Positions 1 to 11,526 of a stretch of DNA of 64,000 bases are shown piece by piece (position 1 is the stretch's first letter; each line of letters starts with the position of its first letter). The translations under genes and the position numbers were made by a program. The notes below the pieces were generated by a model. That model did not search any database, had not been told where the DNA came from, and saw nothing but the letters and a program-made list of their open reading frames with translations. The DNA lies in the NCBI RefSeq assembly GCF_037042905.1, contig NC_087263.1, positions 12,402,001-12,466,000 of the forward strand, given 5' to 3'. The stretch is from Lytechinus pictus. Lineage: Eukaryota.

Positions 1-821
1 ACTGGACACAGCCTTTTTCCTTCGTAATACTTAAACAATGACAATTATTTATAATACGCGCGCAACTATTATGATTATTATTATTATTATTATGCGCAAA
101 TATACATGGCAACCATGACGCAGCAATCAAGATTAAGATTACACTAATTACGTCACAATTAATGCGCACAATGCGTCGCAGTAACAATGATAATAATAAC
201 AACAATATCATAATAAAACAGACGACTATTCATTGTTCTCTGGGTTCTTTTCATCTTTCCAGCATCTTGACTTTCTCTCGAAAAACCATTTCGTCCAAAC
301 CGCATCTTGCTTTTCATACACCTAGCACTTTCAATCTAACGGTCAATAATCCAGATATTTGACATTGTGCTTAGATGTTCCTCCCTTCGATGTGATCATA
401 TTCATAAATTTAAAGGAATACAAAGTTAAACGTCTGATCTTGAACTTTCTTCACCCCGTGTTGAACAAAGATCGCATTCATTTTTAGAATTATGTGGTAA
501 TGAATCGTCTTAATATTCTATATTAATTTGACATTCAAGTTAGAGAAATTGCTTATATGAATAGCACCGGCAACAGATTGATACCTATAAGTGGCTGTGA
601 ACTATTTACGCTAACATGGAAATTTCATATAAAATACCAAGGTAAGGTCACAATTTTAAATGTCAAATAACCATTCAATGTTAAGCATATAAAAAAGGAT
701 TCAGTATTGACCAAGGGTACGCCTGCAAAAAAGTAGGTCTTGAACCTTTCTCGATAATGATTTATCGATTTTATTTATCATATCACTCATATACCCCTTT
801 CACAAACCCATCCTCCAATTA

Positions 822-1236
822 AGGCGACCGCACACCTTACGATTGGTCTGCGACCCGATTTCAGAATAAAATGTAGTAGAATTTGATGCTAACATTGAGA
901 CTTGGAATATCTTACTGTGTAATGTTCTAAATCATCGTACGAATACCTATGTTCAAATCTGTGACTATGCTATCATCCTTCTTAGAATAAAGGCGAATTT
1001 AATATCTAGTCGTAATGACGTCATAGCAGTCGTACGATTGGCTACGATTTGAAACTATTTTGGCTTTTACTCCGAAATAAAGGCTTGCAATCTTTCAAAA
1101 TGGTTTTATTTGTATTTTTTCAATTAATTTTAACCTCAAATAAAATGATATGTTCCATTCACATTTTCAGAAAATTAGCAACATGCGATTTGTTCCAAAA
1201 TCGGATGGCGTACAGTCGTAAGGTGTGCGGTGGCCT
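822..1236. mobile_element. PIF/Harbinger-type MITE nested in an older MITE (~793-1573)
   Basis: TIRs AGGC(G/C)ACCGCACACCTTACGA at both ends with TTA TSD (819-821, 1237-1239). The host element starts CCCCTTTCACAAACCCA and ends TGGGTTTATGAA. Confidence 0.8.
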
Positions 1237-1704
1237 TTATCCGCCTAAGAGTAATTCAATAAAAATTGCATTCACAAACTCCGAAAATAATCCGCACTAT
1301 TTTTTACGAGCGCCCGACCTGAAAACGGCGGATAATTGTCATGGCAACTGCACACGCCCCCTCCGATGGGGTTGTGTTGGAAAAGGGTGATCTTGTGACC
1401 GCACCATGGCTATCCGCATTACTTTGGAAATGCGTTCATAAAGTCAAAATCTGGTCCCGATGCCGCTATTATGCGGATAATTGCAGCATCGAAATAATGC
1501 GGATAACTCTGGTCCCGTTCCGATTTTACGACCAAATTATGCGGATATTATCCGCATAATTGGGTTTATGAATCATTAGAAGTTTCTTATCAAATGGATT
1601 TGTCAGTTATCTTTAGAGAAGAGTTATTTCTATTTATTCCAAAAAATGAAAGCATTAAGAAAGCTCTGTCCCTTCGCTCCCTCGCTTTTGTTTAATCCCC
1701 CACT

Positions 1705-1979
1705 GGGTGTTTTGGCTCAGTTGGTAGAGCGTCCGTCTCACAACCGGGAGGTCGGGGGTTCAAACCCCGGCCGCGTCAGACCAAAAGACGTTAAAAGATG
1801 GGAGTTGCTGCTACCCTGTTTGGCGTTCAACGATTAAAGGGATAGAGCCTCGTCGATCTGGCGCTGCACAGCGGCTGCCGGGCCCACGATCAATTGGGCA
1901 AAGCAAATTTTCGGAGTATTTCATTTCATGTCTATTTCGAACAATAAATTATGGATTTTCATTTTCATTTTCATTTCAT
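1705..1979 (+). mobile_element. tRNA-derived SINE with Meta-domain-like body
   Basis: A-box TGGCTCAGTTGG (1713-1724), B-box GGTTCAAACC (1757-1766), body CCAAAAGACGTTAAAAGATGGGAGTTGCTGCTACCCTGTTTGGCGTTCAACGATTAAAGGG, and a (TTTCA)n tail. Confidence 0.85.
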
Positions 1980-2387
1980 AAAGCTAAATTATTGGTGTGA
2001 TTCCCTATGCCCATGGGTTTCAGATGCGATAGGGGTAAATATGATTGAAAATTATCCTATACATCTGTAGGCAAGTTGCAGAGTAATTCAAGCAAGTTTA
2101 ATATTGGCACATTATAAATTGACATGGCGACATATACGGTATCTTGAAAATTCGAATCGTAAAAGGTTACATGTCGGCATATTGACTTTTGGTATTTCGC
2201 CAAGTCGACTTCTAAAAAGAAGTATATTGACATAAAGTATTCATTATTTTATCTTGTCAACTTAAACAAAAATATATATATATCCCCATGACTTTCTTGG
2301 AAGTCGATAAGATAACAGTTAAGGTACGTCGACATAAAAAGAACAAAAATACATCGCCATATCGTCAAGTATAATATGATTCTTTAA

Positions 2388-2979
2388 AGGTCAAGTCCAC
2401 TCCAGAAAAATGTTGATTTAAATAAATAGAGAAAAATCAAACTAGCATAATGCTGAAAATTTCATCAAAATCGGATGTAAAATAGGAAAGTCATGACATT
2501 TTAAAGTTTATTTTTCCCAAAACAGTGATATGCACAACTCAGTGACATGCAAATGAGACAGCCGATGATGTCCCTCACTCACTATTTGTTTTGTTTTATA
2601 TTGTTTGAATTATACAATATTTCATTTTTTACAGATATGACGATAGGACCAACTTGACTGAACCATATAATATTAAACAATGCTAATTCCACATGTTCAG
2701 GGAGGATTAATCGTTGTTTCACTTGACAATGAGGAGAAAATTTTACTTCATATTTCATATGATAAAATACAAAAGGAATAGTGAGTGGATGAAGTCATAG
2801 TCTCCTCATTTGCATACCATCCAGGATATGCATATAACTGTTTTGTGAAATTAAGCGAAACTTTAAAATGTCATAACTTTCTTATTTTACATCCGATTTT
2901 AATGAAGTTTTCAGCGTTATGTTTGTTGGATTTTTCTCTTTTTATTCAAATCAACTTTTTGTTGGGGTGGAATTGTCCT
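2388..2979. mobile_element. Kolobok-type non-autonomous DNA transposon (copy 1)
   Basis: TTAA TSD on both sides, termini AGGTCAAGTCCAC..GTGGAATTGTCCT, long subterminal IRs. Highly similar to the copy at 27710-28301. Confidence 0.85.
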
Positions 2980-3274
2980 TTAAGATCTTCCGTAAATATC
3001 AAAATATGTTAACCTTTTTATTATTTTTTTCTGAGGTGTTGACAATTAAATCTATTTCTAGGTATAGAAAATAACTATATTTTGATCATGAAGATGTCCA
3101 TGAGGATAATTAATTAGCCTTCCCGTCGTGCGTAAGATTAAAATAAGGAATTCAACAACACCTTTAATCCTTCAAGTATACCTCTCTTCGTCGCTGTTTT
3201 CATCGTATTAATGAGTTTATCAGTGTATTTATGGTTCAGTGTCAGAAGGAATTAGTCTGCAGGCACAGACCCTA

Positions 3275-3486
3275 CACTCTTAAAACAAATCAGTCAAATT
3301 GACCAGACCAGTAGTCAGCTGGGTGCAACTGATAGTCTAGTCACATTTCTGACATATATTCTAGTCAGAAATAACTCTGTTCTAGTAAAGTACCACTAGA
3401 AAAAAAAATCAAATACGACTAGAATAACAGTTGCACCCAGCTAACCCTATTAACCAGTTATCTTTGACTGATTTGTTTTTAGAGTT
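3275..3486. mobile_element. CACT-terminated palindromic MITE (EnSpm/CACTA-like, 2-bp TA TSD)
   Basis: CACTCTTAAAACAAATCAGTCAAA ... TTTGACTGATTTGTTTTTAGAGTT, flanked by TA. Confidence 0.7.
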
Positions 3487-3569
3487 TATAACTCCCTCTC
3501 TAATCACAAGTGCAGGGTCTGTATGAGTCTATAACGGGGTCCAATTAATTTTGTTCCGAGTTGGCATTT

Positions 3570-4075
3570 CAAGTCAAAGTGACTGGTTTTCCGAGTGACT
3601 TTGATGCGGGATCGAGTCGTATGTGGCACGAGATCGAGACAGACTCGATTCGGAATTGTATTGACTAGGAGTTAGCATTTATCGTCAAAGTGACTGACTC
3701 TCCAAGTGACTTTGACTTAGGATCGAGTCACATGTGATACTAGTCCGAGTCAGACTCGATTAGGAATTGTAGTACTCGAAGATAAAAATTTAAGTCAAAG
3801 TGACTGGTTTTCTCAGTCACATGTGATACTAGTCCGAGTCAAACTCGATTCGGAATTGTAGTACTCGAAGATAAAAATGTCAAAAAAAAGTCAAAGTGAC
3901 TGATTTTGTCAGTGACTTGACTGGGGATCGAGTTGTATGTGGCCCTAGTGCGAATCGGACTAGATTCCGAAGTTTATTAGCTATACATGAGTTAATATTT
4001 CAAGTCAAAATGACTGAGTTTCAAAATACCTGGACACGGAATCGAGTCAGAATTCCAAGTTGATTCCAGTTTATA
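3570..4075. repeat. ~110-bp degenerate minisatellite, about 4.5 copies
   Basis: The unit GTCAAAGTGACTG...GATCGAGTC...GACTCGATTCGGAATTGTA recurs at about 3571, 3682, 3792, 3889 and 4002. Confidence 0.85.
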
Positions 4076-4574
4076 AATTTTCATCATGTTTATGCTGTTT
4101 TTTATATTTTTTTATATTTTTACTTTATTTGTTTATTTGTTTAATTTTATTATTATTATTATTATTATCATTATTATTATTATTATTATTATTTTTTTTT
4201 TTTTTTTGGGGGGGGGGGGGTAAATTGACAAGTTTTTCGGTATACATGTACATTACCCCTGTCCTTTTGTCTAAATTTTTCTTAGTATAGATTGAATTTC
4301 TTTTCAAACTCAGCCAATGGTCGTTTCGCTTTTATTTTTACTCCTCGGAAATATGATTGTGCTATCACGACACGTTGTATGTTATTTCGTTAAATCGTAA
4401 TGTTTTCTGTAATCCTTGAATATCTTTTTGTCTTAAAAGTTTTATACACATACATTTTTTGCTTACTTCTCTCGGCATAGATTTAATTTCCCATCTCTTT
4501 TCGAAACTTTATATTTAAAATGAACTTCTGCAGCTGACAATTTTCAGAATTTACGAGAGACCATCTTCAGCTTG

Positions 4575-4900
4575 ATGCCGCAGTCACAACAACGATACCG
4601 TCTCCAGACCGATTAAAGCTTTTACATTATTTCGGATGGAATATCATCGGTCGGTTTGGAGTTAGTTTCTTTGATGTGACTGTAGCATTAGGGAAGTTGA
4701 AAGAAAATAAATCGACGGAGATAAAAAATGGACTCATCGGCAAACAATGGCTTCTGAATCATGACTTTTTTCTACCAACCTTACATGCCCAGTCAGGTAC
4801 GCGAAACGATCACAGACCGATCGAAGGTATACGCGTTATTACCAATGGCGAACCAACGATCGGATTAGTGTATGTTTCGGTAGTGTGACATTGCACTTAA
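4575..4900. mobile_element. Two ~115-bp hairpin MITEs (AGTCACA..TGTGACT family)
   Basis: Palindromic units at 4575-4690 and 4785-4900 with a CAGACCGAT..ATCGG core. Same family at 6599-6715, 13785-14018, 40752-40876 and 41627-41740. Confidence 0.7.
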
Positions 4901-5457
4901 TGTTCAAATTAGGGACTCGGTATTTATGCCGATGGTAGTCCATGGTAGAACATCGTCATGCGTGTGGGTGGAGGGAAAACGCCATGTCTTTATTTACCGT
5001 CTCCATGGTAACGTGCACTTTAATGGCTTTCTTATAGTCGCCATGGTGATAATTACCAGTGTGGAAAGGAAATGGGAGGAAGGGAAGAGACAGAAATTTG
5101 CGACAAGTATCGTCTGTTTCTCTCTCTCTCTTCCTTTGGATATGAGTTCGTTTTATGACCGAAATTCTAAACGCTGGGAATATTAACTTCTGTGCCACTG
5201 TTTATTTGAGTTTATTCGCCTGCAATTTATTTTTAAGTAAAAAAGTCTTGCTAATTAGCCAACTCCAACTCTTTTTTTATTTTTTACAGCGCGTGTAACA
5301 TGTATGAAATTGTTCCAGCATCTTTTACTGGTGCTCTAATTGAAGGGGGTGGTTGACCCCAGCCCCCTTCAGAAAAAAAACTTTCACTGAATCAAAGATG
5401 CTTGCAAACGTTTGCACCGTGTGCATGAATCGATCCCCTTCAAAATATTAAGCGCTA

Positions 5458-6576
5458 TGTTACGATATTAACCAAAATTGATATGCAACAAACAACAAGT
5501 CAGATTAATCCTAAATTAGATTTTTTTATTACAGGTAAACAAAGGTAAATATAAAAAATTATTTTACATAAAATTATCTTGAAGAGTCAGGTCTGAGTAA
5601 TCTACAAACATATCCTGTATTAAATCCGAATAATGTCCAAATTGGCTGGCAACGATTCCTTAGATTAAAGTCCAGAATGCTGGTGATAACGAAAGTTGAA
5701 AGTGATGTTGAAAGGCTATGGATAATTAGAGTCAATACGAGTTTAAATGTCCGTGAAGACGAAGTCGATGGTGATAAACAGTCGATGTCAGCAATGCATG
5801 GGTTGAAAATTGTCTATTTTTTATAACAGGTTGATGATGTTGATGAAAACTGAGAATTCCTTTCTCAAAATAACTGCAAACAGTTCATGGATGGTGTGCA
5901 AATATTTCCACAGAAGTTAATGCTGTATTCCAGGTGAAGATAAACTATGCTCTGACATAAAGTCTAGACTGAAACTCCGAGTTTTGATCTGAATTGATCC
6001 TTGAAGAAACTGCCGGTTTATATATAAATTTTCACTCTACTAGAAGCTTCTATTATTGTCTTTAAAAAGAACATCCTACTTCTTTCAAGAGCAGTCCAGT
6101 TCTACACGTTCTAGAAGACTCTTGAATGACCTCAGTGAAATTAACATTGTAAACAACATAGCTAATCCTATTGTCTTTTCCCAAACAAGCAGTCTCTATT
6201 GTCTGCCAAGATGATTGTACATTAAAAAAATACCAGAAATTACTCTGCCTCATTAAATATGCGTGTACATAGCAAAGCTTAACTGAGACATTCTAGAATA
6301 TTCCCATACCTCCCTTTCACACGGAAAAAAATTGTAATTTCATGATGATTCCAGTGAAATATAAGGATTATGACGAATTTTTAGCACGTGTGAAACCAAA
6401 CTAGGACACAATTAGAATCACGAACGCCTGCAATCATCATCATCACAATGATGATCCAAGATTCACGTGTGAAAAGGCCCTTAATCATAGCCAATGACTA
6501 TAATTAGAGAAAAAATAACAGCTAAAATGGATGAATGTAATATTTTGTTTCTCTTTCAATTTTGTTAAATATAACA
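5458..6576 (-). mobile_element. Solo LTR (Gypsy-like; non-autonomous Ginger is an alternative), with a ~170-bp MITE inserted at ~6310-6480
   Basis: TGT...ACA termini, exact 4-bp TSD GCTA (5454-5457, 6577-6580), ~21-bp imperfect terminal IR, TATA-like TTTATATATAAA at ~6017-6028, minus-strand AATAAA at ~5525-5530, and TTCTAGAA motifs. Confidence 0.75.
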
Positions 6577-7989
6577 GCTATATCACGCCCTAGTTTTCTA
6601 ATGCTTCAGTCACAACAACGATACCGACTCCAATCCGACCGATGGTGTGTCATTGGTAATAACGTAATAGCTTTGATCGGTCTGGAGTCGAATTCGCCAG
6701 TATGGCGGTGTCATCAAATTTGGCACTTCTTCTCGTGAGATAAGCAATCACGAAAAAGATGAACCATGACAAATTCCAACAAAATGACCAGAGTTGTTTG
6801 TCTGCCCAAACAATTATGTACCAGATGATAGTGGTACAAACTGAGTAAATATAGGCTACTGAGTAATTAGCAAATTAAGCAAGGTATTTGGCAAATTGCA
6901 GAATTTCAGTTATTTGATTTGTGATGTCATATGCGAGCAGGTTTCCTACATGTAGAATGGTAAAAAATCACAATGAAACGTCATTTTCTCAAACAAATTG
7001 AAAATGATTTTTAACTGTACCTTCAGCATATCTAGACAAGTCATGTTCACACCCGTTTCTAAAAAGAAAACAAAAAGAAGTCATCACGAACCATTAAAAA
7101 TTGGAATTTATGCATTTCATATTACATATTATATGGGGCAGCTGCTCGTTTATGACGTCATAAATCCAAAACGATAAATTCTGATAACCTTTTTAAACCT
7201 TTAATGGATTTTCCCCAAATTTTCACCAATATTTTTTATCATTTTTTCTACTTCTGTTACCACAAACTTTTCTTCAGGGTGACCCCACACTATCCTTATC
7301 CCCGGACTATCCTTAACCCCATAGGAAAGGCAAATAGGACAGTGATATATAAAAAATTAAATGTCTGGGGTGCAACTTTGTAAAACTGCAAGAAAAAAAA
7401 AGATGTTATCGTTATATCGCCTTATTCCTATCTAATGGATAAAGAGCCCATCGCCTTCTGTTTTCAACTGTTTACATTATTTTGAAGAGGTAAATACTCC
7501 AAGCTTGTTAATATTTCTATCTCGCAAAACATGAGAAATGCAAGCTCCCACCCCCAATAAAAAGGATGGGATCTTCAATTGGAAAAGGGTAATTTTGGAT
7601 CCATCTTCTAGGGGGGCACAAGAGAGGGCGCAATGCACAGCAAGGTATTATATTGTATAAGAAATGGGTTTAAAAAAGGGGCGGGGGCTTTTGGTCCGCG
7701 CCTGGCCTTAGCCATCATGCATCACAGACTCAACTATCTTTAAAATGTCACAAGGTCGTACATAATTCGCAGAAAAAAGTTACGCCCCTATCAAATGAAA
7801 TCATGTAAAATCTCGTTAGTAAACTACATGCCGTAGTGTATGACGACTGTTGGCAGTTCTGCTCATAACTTCACAGAAAGGGTTTGTATCTTTAGACTAT
7901 TTGGTGTCTGTATGTGTTGATGGACGTACGGTCGACATATTACACCGCGGTTATCTAGGATGTACACTAACTTGATGCTTGTGAAACTG

Positions 7990-8367
7990 AGAGGTGTCCG
8001 TTTCAGCTGCGGATCTCGTCTCCAGCCTCATTTAGCGATCCCTGATTAATGCGATCGGCCGGCCTTTCCCCTGGACTCTTCGCGGGATTCCGAGGTTCAA
8101 ATTCAAGGGGGCAGCGGTCATCTGCAACGGAGATCCATACCTGCTTATTTCTCTCGTTCTCTCTCTCTCTGTCGCATGGATTGGAGATGACAGAAGGAAT
8201 CACCTCGTTTTCGAAGACTTTGGTGCTTTCATTTGTCTCTGTGGATAACTTTCTGTGATTTTTTAACGGATAATTATTGTGGTGGAGTGATATGTGTCAA
8301 TCGAGTCTCTGTGGATATAGGCCTTCAGTTAATTGATGCAAAGTGATTACATCGAGTGGCATATACA
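7990..8367 (+). other. Possible non-coding first exon / CpG-enriched regulatory region
   Basis: Unique, locally GC/CpG-rich sequence with a CT-tract, ending at a possible donor CA|GTATGT (8368-8373). There is no transcript evidence. Confidence 0.25.
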
Positions 8368-9864
8368 GTATGTAGGATATTCTCATCGAACCCCGGAATA
8401 TCAGAAATACGCCGTGATATATTCCCAAGGTTTGCCCTTTTTATGCTCTCTTGAAGTTAACCTTGTTATATGAAGTCCTTGTGTGTTCACCCTACATCGA
8501 TTTCTATAGAAGTGTTGATTATCTTTAGAATTGTTCGGAACTGTTTTGGTGGTTAAGGCACTAAACATTATTTGTTTGGAAAATAAGCATTGAGAGTGAT
8601 CAGTCCTCATACTAATAAGTAATATAGCAATACAGATGCGGTACGCGTGCATTTTGATGGGGGGGGGGGGGGGGCGCCCAACATTGAATTTGATTATTTT
8701 CTATTCAATTTCATAAATACGCTATAGGAGCCTACGGGTAATTATACGACCTGTAGTTCTTTTCACCCTTTAGCCTCCTTTCTACCTTTTCTCTTTTATC
8801 CACCCTTCTCACATATCCTAACTTTTAACTTTACAATGATATTCTCCTCGCGCTTCGCGCTCGCTTTATTGAAGTGTCACCATTTCAGGACCTGCCTTGA
8901 TTTTCTTTATTTCTTCTCGACCCGTTTATAAAATTCAGACTTGTTTTCTCATTTTCTAGTTTTCGAAACGTAATTGTTCTTCATGTTGACGATTCAAGGC
9001 CGAAATGCCCTCTGAATTTCGAGAAATTAGGTTTCAGTTTCGGGAAATTTCTTTTTGTGTTGTAAAAAAAAAACGGTTTGTGTATAGTTTACGCTGATAG
9101 CACTACTATGATATTCTTCTACTTTACAATAAGATAAAGTTTAATTTGGTTGTGATTTTCGAAGAAACGGCCTCAAAATGAATGCGGAAGGTTGTTTATG
9201 AAGCACCTATAATAACTGATATTTATCGGACACAGTGTGAACACAATGTGTCACTATAATGTTCACACTGTTTTCACACTGATAAAATTTCTCAATCTAG
9301 CGATGGAGATCTCAGGCAAAACCTGATTTACTCAAACAGAGTAACAGAAAAATACTTGTCGAAACGGAGGAAGCAGCCGCGGCGTAGACTAATTGCTCAT
9401 TAAAGCGTGTATGCATACGTGAAAATTTTGCTTATGGTTGAATGTGTTAATGAAATAGAACAAAAAATGGCATGTGACGTCAGCAATATCAGGTGTACGC
9501 GCGCGCCAGAGCAGGTGGAGCAGTTGATGGTTAACATCATAATGGAGCTAATGTTAGAAAAATGTCAGCTCGAATATGAATTCGGGTGATTTGTTGCGAA
9601 ACTAATTATTTGGCGTGGATTTGTTCAAAAAGGAGGAGAGAGAAAAAAAAGACCCTTTCAAATTGTAAAGTTGAGCACGAACGTCTTGCAGTTTGATGTT
9701 AGGAATAAATGGTTTACGATAGACTAATCATGCTAATTAAATGGAAGATTGAATGATTGGCGAAAATGTAATCTTATCAATAGAAACAGAAGATATTTTG
9801 ATGATAATGTTGTGGTTTTAGCTTACTACGGCGCGTATCATTCAGTAGTGAATATTTGCGTAAA

Positions 9865-10050
9865 TGTGTGTGTGTGTATTTGAGTTTTGTCAGACGTGTA
9901 TCAATCAGATATGATTATTTACGTCTGGGACCGACCTTTAACGTCACCATCCGAAAGACGTGACCAGGGCTCGAACCTCGAACCTCTGCATCGATTTGTA
10001 ACTTCCCCACATAGCTTGGATTAGTACAGGCGCACGCCACAACGCCCAGT
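9865..10050 (-). mobile_element. SINE with 7SL (SRP Alu-domain)-derived head, Deu-like body fragment and (AC)n tail
   Basis: The minus strand starts ACTGGGCGTTGTGGCGTGCGCCTGTACTAATCCAAGCTATGTGGGGAAG, similar to the 7SL 5' end GCCGGGCGCGGTGGCGCGTGCCTGTAGTCCCAGCTACTCGGGAGG. It continues with B-box GGTTCGAGCCC, GTCTTTCGGATGGTGACGTTAAA, a 3' hairpin CAGACGT..ACGTCTG and an (AC)n tail. Confidence 0.75.
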
Positions 10051-11041
10051 TATGATAGTCGACTCGATAGTCTTGATTCAAGGCAGACTCCTGTTGTACT
10101 TTTCTGTTCTGTATCAAAAGGAAAGCATATTCGTGTGCGAATCCACTAGAATTTCACTTACCATGCTATTACAGTATTTATGTTGTTTATGTTTATTGGA
10201 TAATCTACCTGTTTGAGGGAGAATTGAATTTAGTTGTAACCGAATAAAAGAACAAAATCATTATGACTGGATGGCAGACTAACCACACAATCTCGTTTCA
10301 ATTACTAAAACCCTTGTTTTCCCCCAATTACATCGATGAGCCACTTAAGCAATCAGCTTAGTGATTTTCTTAGCTTTTGAAATGATTTGGACATTGATGA
10401 TAAATATGCCTCTATTGCCACCCTCTTCGCTCTAAAACAATGTTTGTTAAATCTACATAATTTTGAAAGTTTGGGGAGTGAAAACGTTTTCAAAATGTTT
10501 AAATCTTCCATAAAGCTGAATCAAACAGTTTGAGTATTGGATCGAACATTTCAAGGGTAAATGCAACTTAAAAAAAGGCTGTCACTCCTATACCCTGAAA
10601 TCTTCTACAAAGCTGAATATAGGTTCAAAAGATGAACATGAGGAGCAGAGGAAATATGATTAGATCTAATAAAAGTGATTTACTCCCCTGTCATGCATGC
10701 CTTATTGTCAGTCCCACTCTGCTAAAAGGTTTTATGGCTTATTATTGTTTATGACTATCCATATGTCACTTTTGCTTCCTTCTTAGCGCTGTAATTGACG
10801 GAACAACCCATTCAGACACAAACGTTTTATACCAAGTATCAGTAACGTATATCACTGTAATTAAGTATGTGTTCCGTTCAGACGCAATGATATTACCGGG
10901 CATGGTGGCTCAGTGGTAGAGCGTCCGCCTCATGAACGGGAGGTCGTGGGTTCGATCCCCAACCGAGTCATACCAAAGACGTATACAAATGGGACCTTCT
11001 GCCTTCTTGCTCGGCGCCCAGCATTCTGATTGGAGAAGGGT

Positions 11042-11526
11042 GATAATAATGATAAATTATAGTATCGGATTTATATAGCGACACTACCAAAACGCCGATG
11101 TTAATTTAACACCAGCCTGGTATCTATATCGTTCCACACCAGAGAGGTGTTGAAACAGCTCCGGTTTGGCGTTAGGCTAACACCAATTTGGTATTTAAGC
11201 AATTTAAGCAATTCTTAACTGGTGTTGTTTCAACACCTCTCTGGTGTGGACCGATATAAGTACCGGGCTGGTGTTAAATCAACACCGTTTTTTTAGCAGT
11301 GCACGTATTCTCTTTGTTAGGTGCTCAGTGCGTCTACCGATTCCGGTGCTCACAGCTTTTTTGAGGAATTACTTCCTGTCGGTACCCATTTACCTCACCT
11401 AGGTTGAGTGCAGCGCAATGTGGGTAAATTTCTTGCTGAAGGAAAACGCGCCAAGGCTTGGAATCGAACCCACGTCCCTCAGACTGATAGGCGATAGTCT
11501 TAACCAATAGACCACGACGCCCCCAC
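11042..11526 (-). mobile_element. tRNA-derived SINE (CORE-like body), interrupted by a MITE
   Basis: Minus-strand A-box TGGTCTATTGG, B-box GGTTCGATTCC, body TTCAGCAAGAAATTTACCCACATTGCGCTGCACTCAACCTAGGTGAGGTAAATGGGTACC, and tail GCTATATAAAT..(TAT)n. Confidence 0.8.
11082..11301. mobile_element. CACT-terminated palindromic MITE (family also at 52846-53081 and 54246-54472)
   Basis: Palindromic arms TTTAACACCAGCCTGGTATCTATATC..CCACACCAGAGAGGTGTTG. The sibling copies show 2-bp TSDs TG and TA. Confidence 0.85.

Noticed and set aside
1705..1776. tRNA gene (also 10896-10965)
   Set aside because: The A/B boxes run straight into a SINE body and tail, and there is no proper acceptor stem or T-run terminator.
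4528..4575. Minus-strand hammerhead-like CTGAAGA..GAAA..GTC
   Set aside because: Stems I and II do not pair; at best it is a decayed relic.
10002..10050. Functional 7SL RNA gene or human Alu contamination
   Set aside because: Similarity stops after ~50 nt, with no S-domain and no Alu dimer or poly-A. The sequence differs from human Alu at many positions.
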